This document shows, piece after piece, positions 13,461-23,112 of a DNA stretch of 32,000 bases. The translations under genes were made by a program, and so were the position numbers. Source of the stretch: Candidatus Saccharimonadota bacterium (GTDB lineage Bacteria; Patescibacteriota; Microgenomatia; UBA1406; GWC2-37-13); the NCBI GenBank assembly GCA_016432445.1, contig CP066689.1, positions 570,001 to 602,000 on the forward strand. Reading direction: 5' to 3'. The number at the start of each line of letters is the position of its first letter. Within the stretch, counting starts at the first letter, position 1. Below the pieces are notes generated by a model. That model ran no database searches. It was not told the DNA's origin and saw only the letters and a list, made by a program, of their open reading frames with translations.

Positions 13461-16400
13461 ATGTCATTTGTTCATCTTCATGTTCATACAGAGTATTCAA
13501 TGCTTGACGGTATGGCCCGTATTTCTGATGTTTTGAAAAAGGCAAAAAACCTAGGAATGCCAGCGGTTGCTATCACGGATCATGGAGCGCTGTATGGAGC
13601 TTTTAAATTTTTTATAAAAGCAAAAGAGATAGGGATTAAACCCATTATTGGAGTTGAGGTTTATAAAGCAAAAAACTCGCGTCATGATAAACAGCCCGGC
13701 GAACATCGTGACCAATATCATTTAGTTCTTTTGGCCAAAAATCTTACCGGTTATCAAAATCTTTTGAAAATTGTTAGCATTGCTCATCTCGAAGGATTTT
13801 ATTATAAACCAAGAGTAGATTTTGAAGTTCTGGAAAAATATCATGAAGGGATTATTGCTTTGTCAGCCTGCATGAATGGCGAGATATCTTCATTACTCCT
13901 TGATAATCAAAAAAAAGCAGCGGAAAAACTGCTGGAAAAATATATCTCTATCTTTGGACATGATTTTTATATAGAAATACAAAGACATCCTAATGTTGAG
14001 AAGCTAGAAAGTCTGAATAAAGAATTAATAGCTTTATCAAGAAAGTTTGGTGTTCCGTTGGTGGCAACTAATGATGTGCACTACTTAAATGTTGAGGACG
14101 CTTACGCTCAGGAAATTTTGCTGTGTATTCAAACGCAAAGGGCAATTTTTGAAAAAAACAGACCTCTTTCAATGATTGATGTACCTGATTATTATTTCAA
14201 ATCAGCAGAGGAAATGAAAGGGCAGTTTCTAGACATTCCTGAGGCAATTGATAATACCATTAAAATAGCTAATATGTGTAATGTCGAGATACCTCATGGA
14301 AAGCTTATACTGCCGCAATTTCCTTTAGAAAAAAAACAAAAGCCTTCGGAATATTTAAGAGAAATGGTTAACAAAAAAAAGTCGCGGGTGGCTAATTTTC
14401 CTCAAGAAGAAATTAATAAACGCATTGATTATGAACTAAGCGTAATTTCACAAAAAGGATATGATAATTACTTTCTTATAGTTCAGGATTTTGTTAACTG
14501 GGCGAAAGAGCAGGGCATAGCTGTAGGGCCGGGAAGAGGTTCTGCCGCAGGTTCATTAGTATCCTATATTTTAGAGATAACCGATATTAATCCTTTCGAG
14601 TACAGTTTGCCTTTTGAAAGATTCCTAAACCCGGAAAGGCCATCACCGCCTGATATAGATATTGATTTTGCTGACATAAGGCGAGATGAAGTCCTAGAGT
14701 ATGTAAGGAAGAAATATGGAGAAGATAAAGTCGCACAGATTATCACTTTTGGCACCATGGAGTCACGAATGTCTGTGCGTGACGTATCTAGAGCTTTAGG
14801 TATGTCTTATTCACAAGGAGACAGAATAGCCAAGATGATACCTCCCCCAAAACAAGGCTTTCATTTAAGTTTAGATCAAGCAATAGTAGATACTCCTCAG
14901 TTAAAACTAGCTTACAATGGTGAGGCTGAGACAAAGAAAGTTCTAGATATTGCTATGAAATTAGAAGGTCTGCCGAGGCACTCATCAGTTCACGCAGCTG
15001 GTGTTGTTATAGCCGATCAGCCTTTAACAGAATATGTACCTTTACAAAAAGAATCAAAGGAAGGAAGAATTATTACCCAATATGATATGTACTCTCTTGA
15101 TCTTAATAGTGTGCCTGATAAAGCTTTAGGCTTAATGAAAATAGATTTTTTAGGACTAAGGAATTTAACTATTCTTGAGGAGGCTGTTGAGTATGCTTAT
15201 CAATCAGCAGGAAAAAAAATTAATATTCATCAGATTACAATGGATGATAAGAAAGCATATGCGCTGATAGCGCGAGGAGAAACAGTAGGCATATTCCAAC
15301 TTGAGTCACCTGGCATGAAGCGTTTAGCCAAAGATATTAAACCGACTAAAATAAGTGATGTTGTAGCTATGGTGGCTTTATATAGACCTGGTCCAATGGA
15401 CCTTATACCAACTTTTATTGAGTCAAAAAATAATGCCAAAAAAATAAGATATCTTCATAAAGACCTTAAACCAATTCTCGAGGAGACCTATGGTGTGCCT
15501 GTTTATCAGGAGCAGGTTATGTCTATTGCTCACGATATGGCTGGTTATTCTATGGGAGAGGCTGACAGCCTAAGGCGCGCGATGGGAAAAAAGAAAAAAG
15601 AATTGATGAAAAAAGAAAAAGAAAAATTTATTAAAGGAGTGATCACAAAAGGCTATACCAAAAGCCTAGCTGAGAATATTTTTAATTTTATAGAAAAGTT
15701 TGCGTCGTACGGTTTTAATAAACCTCACTCTGCCTGCTATGGTCTCATTGCTTACTGGACTGCTTACATGAAAGCAAATTATCCGATCGAGTTTATGACT
15801 GCTCTTTTGTCGGCTGAACTTCAGGGAGTGGCGGGGCCAATGAGAGAGCAAAAAATGGCTCAAGCTATTGAAGAGTGCCGCAGGATGGAGATCACAGTAT
15901 TCCCGCCCGATATAAATAAATCGCAGTATAGTTTTTCTATAGAAAATGATTCAATCAGGTTTGGTTTGTCAGCTATCAAAAATGTCGGACAAGCGGCTAT
16001 AGAGTCAATACTTGACGCCAGAAAAGGAGGCAATTTTTTAAATTTTAGCGATTTTCTGTCACGAGTTGATTTACGAAAAGTTAACAAAAAAACAATTGAA
16101 AGTTTAGTTAAAGCGGGCGCTTTGGATAAATTTGCAAACAGAGCTACTTTGTTATCAAACTATCCTCGTTTACTTAAAGAAATTTCTGATAAAAAAGCTG
16201 ATTTTGAAAAAGGACAATTCGCTTTATTTGGGCAAGAAAACACAGTAAACCAAGCAAAAGATGATTTTGTTGAGGTTGAAGAGTTCAGCGAGGAAGAGCT
16301 TAATTCAATGGAAAAAGAGATTATAGGATTTCTTATTACAAAAAATCCGCTGACTCAGTTTAAGCAAATTATGGATAAAAAAGTTAATAAGAAAATTGGC

Positions 16401-16682
16401 GATCTTCAACCATCTGACGCTAATAAAACATATATTTTAGGAGGTGTGGTCAGCGGAAAAAAGATAATCAAAACAAAAAAAGATGGACAGGAAATGGCTT
16501 TTTTTAATCTTTTTGATGAAACAGGTTCTCTTGAAGGTGTTCTTTTCCCTCGAATATATCAAAAGCTTAAAAATATGATAGCTATAAATAATGTAGTATT
16601 AATAAAGGGAAAGGTTAATGATAGAGAAGGTAGAATTAGTATACTGGTTGATAACGCAGCCTTGTTAAATGGCCGGAAATGA
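13461..16682 (+). CDS. dnaE: DNA polymerase III alpha subunit
   Basis: The PHP N-terminus MSFVHLHVHTEYSMLDG matches canonical DnaE starts, so I prefer ATG 13461 over the repeat-embedded ATG 13443. It also has the GPGRGSAAGSLVSY palm motif, an HhH region and an OB-fold tail. Confidence 0.95.
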   Translation: MSFVHLHVHTEYSMLDGMARISDVLKKAKNLGMPAVAITDHGALYGAFKFFIKAKEIGIKPIIGVEVYKAKNSRHDKQPGEHRDQYHLVLLAKNLTGYQNLLKIVSIAHLEGFYYKPRVDFEVLEKYHEGIIALSACMNGEISSLLLDNQKKAAEKLLEKYISIFGHDFYIEIQRHPNVEKLESLNKELIALSRKFGVPLVATNDVHYLNVEDAYAQEILLCIQTQRAIFEKNRPLSMIDVPDYYFKSAEEMKGQFLDIPEAIDNTIKIANMCNVEIPHGKLILPQFPLEKKQKPSEYLREMVNKKKSRVANFPQEEINKRIDYELSVISQKGYDNYFLIVQDFVNWAKEQGIAVGPGRGSAAGSLVSYILEITDINPFEYSLPFERFLNPERPSPPDIDIDFADIRRDEVLEYVRKKYGEDKVAQIITFGTMESRMSVRDVSRALGMSYSQGDRIAKMIPPPKQGFHLSLDQAIVDTPQLKLAYNGEAETKKVLDIAMKLEGLPRHSSVHAAGVVIADQPLTEYVPLQKESKEGRIITQYDMYSLDLNSVPDKALGLMKIDFLGLRNLTILEEAVEYAYQSAGKKINIHQITMDDKKAYALIARGETVGIFQLESPGMKRLAKDIKPTKISDVVAMVALYRPGPMDLIPTFIESKNNAKKIRYLHKDLKPILEETYGVPVYQEQVMSIAHDMAGYSMGEADSLRRAMGKKKKELMKKEKEKFIKGVITKGYTKSLAENIFNFIEKFASYGFNKPHSACYGLIAYWTAYMKANYPIEFMTALLSAELQGVAGPMREQKMAQAIEECRRMEITVFPPDINKSQYSFSIENDSIRFGLSAIKNVGQAAIESILDARKGGNFLNFSDFLSRVDLRKVNKKTIESLVKAGALDKFANRATLLSNYPRLLKEISDKKADFEKGQFALFGQENTVNQAKDDFVEVEEFSEEELNSMEKEIIGFLITKNPLTQFKQIMDKKVNKKIGDLQPSDANKTYILGGVVSGKKIIKTKKDGQEMAFFNLFDETGSLEGVLFPRIYQKLKNMIAINNVVLIKGKVNDREGRISILVDNAALLNGRK

Positions 16683-16703
16683 GTTACGCGTTTTGCGTAA
16701 CTC
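16681..16703 (+). terminator. perfect 9-bp stem-loop overlapping the dnaE stop
   Basis: The sequence is gagttacgc-gtttt-gcgtaactc. There is no downstream U-tract, so terminator function is uncertain. Confidence 0.35.
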
Positions 16704-16711
16704 AAAACGTA

Positions 16712-16740
16712 TTGACCTTTGTTATTAGGGTTGATAAAAT
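16712..16740 (+). promoter_or_regulatory. atp operon promoter
   Basis: TTGACC (16712-16717), a 17-nt spacer, then TGaTAAAAT, an extended -10 (hexamer 16735-16740). The ATG at 16746 lies 5 nt downstream. Confidence 0.5.
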
Positions 16741-16745
16741 AAAAA

Positions 16746-17042
16746 ATGAAAAAAAAGCAGAAAATATCTAAGATTGACAATGAAGGAAATATTGTAGAGG
16801 TAAAAAAAGAAAGTTCTAAAAGTAATACTTTGACTGCAGAACAGATTGTTAGATATGGAGATTACTTAAATTTAGGATTTTATTTAGTAGCGCCACTTTT
16901 AGTGGCAGTTTTAGCAGGATTTTATTTTGACAAATGGCTTAATACAAAGCCATTTTTTATTTTGTTATTTATTTTTTTAGGTTCAGTTGCGACTTTTTAT
17001 AACTTGATTAAATTAACTAAAGATAAAGATGCCCCACATTAG
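16746..17042 (+). CDS. AtpZ/AtpI-like small membrane protein preceding F-ATPase genes
   Basis: It has two TM helices in the pattern LGFYLVAPLLVAVLAGFYFDKWLNTKPFFILLFIFLGSVATFYNL, and it sits upstream of atpB. Confidence 0.6.
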   Translation: MKKKQKISKIDNEGNIVEVKKESSKSNTLTAEQIVRYGDYLNLGFYLVAPLLVAVLAGFYFDKWLNTKPFFILLFIFLGSVATFYNLIKLTKDKDAPH

Positions 17043-17766
17043 TATCAAAGCCGAATCTATTTTTAAGGTTTTTAATTTTCCTATAACCAACTCTTTTCTG
17101 ACCTCTCTTTTAGTTCTTATAATAACCTGCATTATTGCAATTCTTTATCACATAGAGTCAAAGAAAAAAAAGAAAAGCTTATTTTTTTATCTTGTAACTG
17201 CAGTAATTAATGAACTTTATAAGCTTTTTAACTCGGTTGTTGAAGATAAAATTAAAGTTTTTTTTCCTCTTTTGATTTCTTTTTTTATTTTTATTCTTTT
17301 GCAAAATTGGTTTGGACTTTTACCGGGAATAGGCAGTGTGCTTATTAAAGTGAAAGAACATGGAGAGCAGACATTCGTGCCGCTTTTAAGAGGAGGTTCT
17401 GCTGATTTAAATACGACTTTAGCTTACGCTTTTATATCTGTTTTCTTTATTCAGTATTATGGAATTCATACTTTGGGATTTATTCACTATGTTAAAAAAT
17501 TTATAAATTTCAGTAATCCAGTAACTTTTTTTATTGGAATATTAGATATAATATCAGAAATATCTAGGGTAATTTCTTTCTCTTTTCGTCTTTTTGGTAA
17601 TATATTTGCTGGAGAAGTACTTTTAGCAATAATTTCTTTCTTGGTTCCCTTTTTTATATCATTTCCTTTTCTTATCATGGAAATATTTGTTGGGTTTGTT
17701 CAAGCTTTAGTTTTTTCAATGCTGACAGCAGTGTTTTTAAAAATGGCCATATCAAAGTCGCACTAA
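17029..17766 (+). CDS. atpB: F0F1 ATP synthase subunit a
   Basis: It has the conserved Arg motif FRLFGNIFAGEVLL, is multi-TM, and sits at the expected operon position. Confidence 0.9.
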   Translation: MPHISIKAESIFKVFNFPITNSFLTSLLVLIITCIIAILYHIESKKKKKSLFFYLVTAVINELYKLFNSVVEDKIKVFFPLLISFFIFILLQNWFGLLPGIGSVLIKVKEHGEQTFVPLLRGGSADLNTTLAYAFISVFFIQYYGIHTLGFIHYVKKFINFSNPVTFFIGILDIISEISRVISFSFRLFGNIFAGEVLLAIISFLVPFFISFPFLIMEIFVGFVQALVFSMLTAVFLKMAISKSH

Positions 17767-17804
17767 AAGATATTACTAAATTCTATATAATATTAAGGAG
17801 GTGA

Positions 17805-18038
<234 letters not shown>

Positions 18039-18042
18039 TGAG

Positions 18043-18534
18043 ATGGAAAATTTAGGAATAGATATAAAATTACTTATTGCCCAAGTAATAAATTTTATAA
18101 TTTTATTTTTTGTTTTTAGGCGGTATTTAGCCAAACCGTTCATTAATTATCTTAAGGAAGAAAGGAAGAAAGATGAAGATAAAAGCAAGATTCTTTCTGA
18201 GCTTGAGACTAAACATGATCGCATGATTGAGGAAGAGCAGGAGTTCAGAAAAAAACTTAAACAAGAACAGGAAAAAATATTAAACGAAACCAAAAGAGCG
18301 TCAGAAAAATTAAAAGAAGAACTTATGAAAAAGGCAAAAGATGAGGCTGATGATATAATCTCAAAAGCAAAAAGACAAATAGAAGATGATAGGGAAGTAT
18401 TTTATAAGGAAGTTAAGAGCTATATTACTGATACAAGCATTTTTATGATTGAAAAGGCTTTAAAACAAAATTTAACAACTGAGGTTCAAAAAAAACTTAC
18501 TGAGCATGTTCTTAGTAATTTACAAAAGAAATAA
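18043..18534 (+). CDS. atpF: F0F1 ATP synthase subunit b
   Basis: An N-terminal TM helix (LLIAQVINFIILFFVF) is followed by a long K/E-rich helix. Confidence 0.85.
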   Translation: MENLGIDIKLLIAQVINFIILFFVFRRYLAKPFINYLKEERKKDEDKSKILSELETKHDRMIEEEQEFRKKLKQEQEKILNETKRASEKLKEELMKKAKDEADDIISKAKRQIEDDREVFYKEVKSYITDTSIFMIEKALKQNLTTEVQKKLTEHVLSNLQKK

Positions 18535-18540
18535 ATCTAT

Positions 18541-18822
18541 ATGGATGATGATTTAAGAAATCAGATTGATAAACTTAGTAAAGAAATTACTATTATTAAT
18601 ATCAAGGACAAAGTAACGATAATGTCTCCATATAAATTAGGTGATAACGAAATGCAAAAAATAAAAGATCTACTTCCAGTAATTAAGAATTTTGATATTG
18701 TCAATGTCGTTGACGAGAATATTTATTCAGGCTTAATCATAAAGATTGGTACCAAGATGATTGACTTAACCCTTAACAGTGCATTACAAAATTTAAGAAA
18801 AAAAATATATGAAGGTCATTGA
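18541..18822 (+). CDS. atpH: F0F1 ATP synthase subunit delta, C-terminal-domain-only (93 aa)
   Basis: The segment VTIMSPYKLGDNEMQKIKDLL...SGLIIKIGTKMIDLTLNSALQNLRKKI resembles the C-terminal half of delta/OSCP. It sits between atpF and atpA and overlaps atpA by 14 nt. Confidence 0.65.
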   Translation: MDDDLRNQIDKLSKEITIINIKDKVTIMSPYKLGDNEMQKIKDLLPVIKNFDIVNVVDENIYSGLIIKIGTKMIDLTLNSALQNLRKKIYEGH

Positions 18823-20302
18823 CCAATCGGTAAAAGAAATTGAAGAGGAAGTTAAAAAATTTGAATCTAAACCCAAAGAAGAAGAAATTGGATGGGCTAC
18901 GGAAGTAAGAGATCAGATAGTTCAGATTAAAGGACTAAAAAACGTGGGTTTTGGCGAAATTCTTGTTTTTGATGAAGGTGTGGAGGCGATGGTTATAGAT
19001 ATGACTGAAGATAGCGTCGGAGCTATTGTTCTTGGCGATTATCTCCTGCTTAAAGCAGGAAGTGTGACTAAAGCCACAGGTCGAACTCTTCAGATTCCTG
19101 TGACGGATGATATTTTAGGAAGGGTAGTTAATCCATTAGTACATCCAGAGGATGGAGGAAAAAATATTTCTTCAGATAAGCTAGCTCCGGTTGAAAGGAT
19201 TGCGCCTGGTGTCATTTACCGTAAATCAGTGACTGTACCGCTTCAAACTGGAATAAAAGCTATCGATAGTCTTATTCCTATCGGCCGAGGCCAGCGAGAA
19301 CTTATTATCGGCGACAGAGGAACGGGAAAAACTACTATTGCCGTTGATGCAATTCTTAATCAAAAAAAAGAAAACGCTATCTGTATATACTGTGCTATCG
19401 GCCAAAAAAATTCTACGATAGCTTCAATTATAGAGCTTTTAAGAAAAGGAAAAGCTCTTGATTATACTGTGGTTGTGGCTGCTTCAGCCTCCTCTCCAGC
19501 TACCCTGCAGTATCTTGCTCCTTATTCTGCAACAGCAATCGGAGAATATTTTATGGGGCAAGGTAAGGATGTGCTAATTATTTACGACGATTTAACTAAA
19601 CATGCTTGGGCTTACCGTGAAATATCGCTTATTCTAAGAAGGCCAGCCGGAAGAGAAGCTTTTCCAGGCGATATTTTTTATCTTCATTCAAGGCTGCTTG
19701 AAAGATCATGCCGGATAGATGAAAAATATGGTGGAGGTTCAATGACGGCGCTTCCTATTGTGCAAACTTTAGAGGGTGATGTGTCGGCCTATATCCCAAC
19801 AAACATCATTTCTATTACTGACGGACAGATATTTTTGGAAAGCGAACTTTTTAACGCCGGTGTAAGACCAGCCATCAATGTTGGTCTTTCCGTTTCTCGC
19901 GTAGGTAGCGCTGCTCAAACTAAAGCTATGAAACAGGTATCCGGAAGGCTCAAACTTGATCTGGCCCAGTATCGGGAGATGGCGGCTTTTTCTCAGTTTG
20001 AGTCTGATCTTGATGAAGCAACTAAAAAATTGCTTAATCGAGGTGCAAGAACAACTCAAGTTCTAATTCAAGGGAAAAATAAACCTTATGATTTAGCGTC
20101 AGAGATAGCGGTAATCTGGGCGGCCGTAAACGGACATCTTGATACTGTACCGGTTGATGAGGTGGCAAAGTTTGAAAAGAAGTATTTAGAAGATCTTAAT
20201 GCTAGAGGGAAGGCCTTAATGACTAGAATTAATAAAAATAAAACTCTATCAAAAGAAGATGAAGAAGAACTAAAGAAGTTTGTTAAAGATAATATTGTAT
20301 GA
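18809..20302 (+). CDS. atpA: F0F1 ATP synthase subunit alpha
   Basis: It has the P-loop GDRGTGKTT plus ILRRPAGREAFPGDIFYLHSRLLER and ITDGQIFLE. Confidence 0.95.
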   Translation: MKVIDQSVKEIEEEVKKFESKPKEEEIGWATEVRDQIVQIKGLKNVGFGEILVFDEGVEAMVIDMTEDSVGAIVLGDYLLLKAGSVTKATGRTLQIPVTDDILGRVVNPLVHPEDGGKNISSDKLAPVERIAPGVIYRKSVTVPLQTGIKAIDSLIPIGRGQRELIIGDRGTGKTTIAVDAILNQKKENAICIYCAIGQKNSTIASIIELLRKGKALDYTVVVAASASSPATLQYLAPYSATAIGEYFMGQGKDVLIIYDDLTKHAWAYREISLILRRPAGREAFPGDIFYLHSRLLERSCRIDEKYGGGSMTALPIVQTLEGDVSAYIPTNIISITDGQIFLESELFNAGVRPAINVGLSVSRVGSAAQTKAMKQVSGRLKLDLAQYREMAAFSQFESDLDEATKKLLNRGARTTQVLIQGKNKPYDLASEIAVIWAAVNGHLDTVPVDEVAKFEKKYLEDLNARGKALMTRINKNKTLSKEDEEELKKFVKDNIV

Positions 20303-21159
20303 ACATAAGACAAGTAAGAACCAAAATCAAGTCAATAGGAAATGTAAAAAAAATAACGAAAGCTATGCAGCTTGTTTCTTCAGTCAAGATGAGAAAAGCT
20401 CAGCAGCAGGCTCTAGAGGGAAGGCCTTATAGAGAAACGCTGGAAGAAATTATTGGGAGAATTTTACCGAAAGTTGATGCAAGAAGACTAAGATTATTGC
20501 AGGAACAGCAGATTAGTAAAAAAAAATCGCTAGGCGGCGGAAAAGAGTTAGTAATTCTAATCAGTTCAAATAAAGGATTAGCCGGAGCCTTTAATATTAA
20601 TCTTTTCAGGACTATTTTGAAAGACAGCAATTTTGAAAAGATAGAATTTGTTACTATGGGCAAAAAAGGCACAGAATTTGTCAGCCGAATGGGAAAGAAA
20701 ATTATCGCTGATTATACTGCTGGTGAATCCTTATCAGAAATTTCAGCAATTTTTAGCTTTGTACTTAAAAAATTTTTAGACAGAGAATATGTAACAGTAT
20801 CTGTAATATTTAATAGATTCATATCAACATTGCGATCTGAGACTGTAAAAGAAAAACTTTTGCCGGTAGAGGTTGGGACAAAGGAAAAACAGCAAAAAGC
20901 TGGAGAATATCTTGTTGAACCAACAGGTGAGGCTATTATTGAGAGTTTACTCAGCAATTTTGTTGAAGAAAAAATAAGAGGGGCTTTTTTAAACAGCGAA
21001 GCCGCAGAACACTCAGCCCGAATGATTGCCATGAAAAATGCAACAGACAATGCCAATGATGTCATTTACAATTTAACCTTGTTAAGGAATAAATTAAGAC
21101 AGCAAAAGATAACATACGAGCTGTTAGATATGATTACAGCCAAGGAATCAGTAGGATAA
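20299..21159 (+). CDS. atpG: F0F1 ATP synthase subunit gamma
   Basis: The N-terminus is IRQVRTKIKSIGNVKKITKAMQLVS and the C-terminus is SARMIAMKNATDNA...ITYELLDMI. Confidence 0.93.
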   Translation: MNIRQVRTKIKSIGNVKKITKAMQLVSSVKMRKAQQQALEGRPYRETLEEIIGRILPKVDARRLRLLQEQQISKKKSLGGGKELVILISSNKGLAGAFNINLFRTILKDSNFEKIEFVTMGKKGTEFVSRMGKKIIADYTAGESLSEISAIFSFVLKKFLDREYVTVSVIFNRFISTLRSETVKEKLLPVEVGTKEKQQKAGEYLVEPTGEAIIESLLSNFVEEKIRGAFLNSEAAEHSARMIAMKNATDNANDVIYNLTLLRNKLRQQKITYELLDMITAKESVG

Positions 21160-22620
<1,461 letters not shown>

Positions 22621-22624
22621 AGAA

Positions 22625-22678
22625 GATTCACGATTCATGAAACATGATTCATGAATCTTAAATCGTGAATCATAAATC
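22625..22678. repeat. GATTCA-type palindromic hairpin between atpD and atpC
   Basis: gattcacgatt (22625-22635) pairs with aatcgtgaatc (22661-22671). The inner stem is gattca/tgaatc (22646-22657). Confidence 0.85.
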
Positions 22679-22690
22679 AATTTTAAACAT

Positions 22691-23110
22691 ATGGCAAGTA
22701 TACATTTAAAAATAATTACACCTAGAAAAATAGTTATTGATGAGGAAGCAACGTCAGTAACAGTGCCGACAACTGAAGGAGAAATAAGTATTCTTCCACG
22801 TCATGTTCATTTACTTACACTTCTAACTGAAGGAATTATTACTATAAAAAAAAATGCTTCCGAAGACTCTTTAGCTATTGGGGGAGGATATTTGGAAACT
22901 AATGGAAAAGAGTTGAAGATATTAGTTTCTCGAGCCTACCATCAGGATGAGATAGATGAGGAGCAAACAAAAAGGGCAATAGAGGAGGCAAAGAAGATTA
23001 TCAGTGAAGGAAGAGATGAATCAGCAAGACATGAAGCAGCATCTATTATCCGCAGATCACTTGTTGATATGAAACTTCTTAAGAAAAAAAGAAGACATAC
23101 TTCTTTATAA
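22691..23110 (+). CDS. atpC: F0F1 ATP synthase subunit epsilon
   Basis: The pattern LKIITPRKIV...VTVPTTEGEISILPRHVHLLTLL is typical of epsilon, and it is the last atp gene. Confidence 0.9.
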   Translation: MASIHLKIITPRKIVIDEEATSVTVPTTEGEISILPRHVHLLTLLTEGIITIKKNASEDSLAIGGGYLETNGKELKILVSRAYHQDEIDEEQTKRAIEEAKKIISEGRDESARHEAASIIRRSLVDMKLLKKKRRHTSL

Positions 23111-23112
23111 TT

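Noticed and set aside
16680-16682. Possible alternative genetic code (UGA recoding, as in some candidate phyla).
   Set aside because: TGA terminates dnaE, atpD and topA exactly where the homologous proteins end, and no conserved gene shows an in-frame TGA. The standard bacterial code fits.
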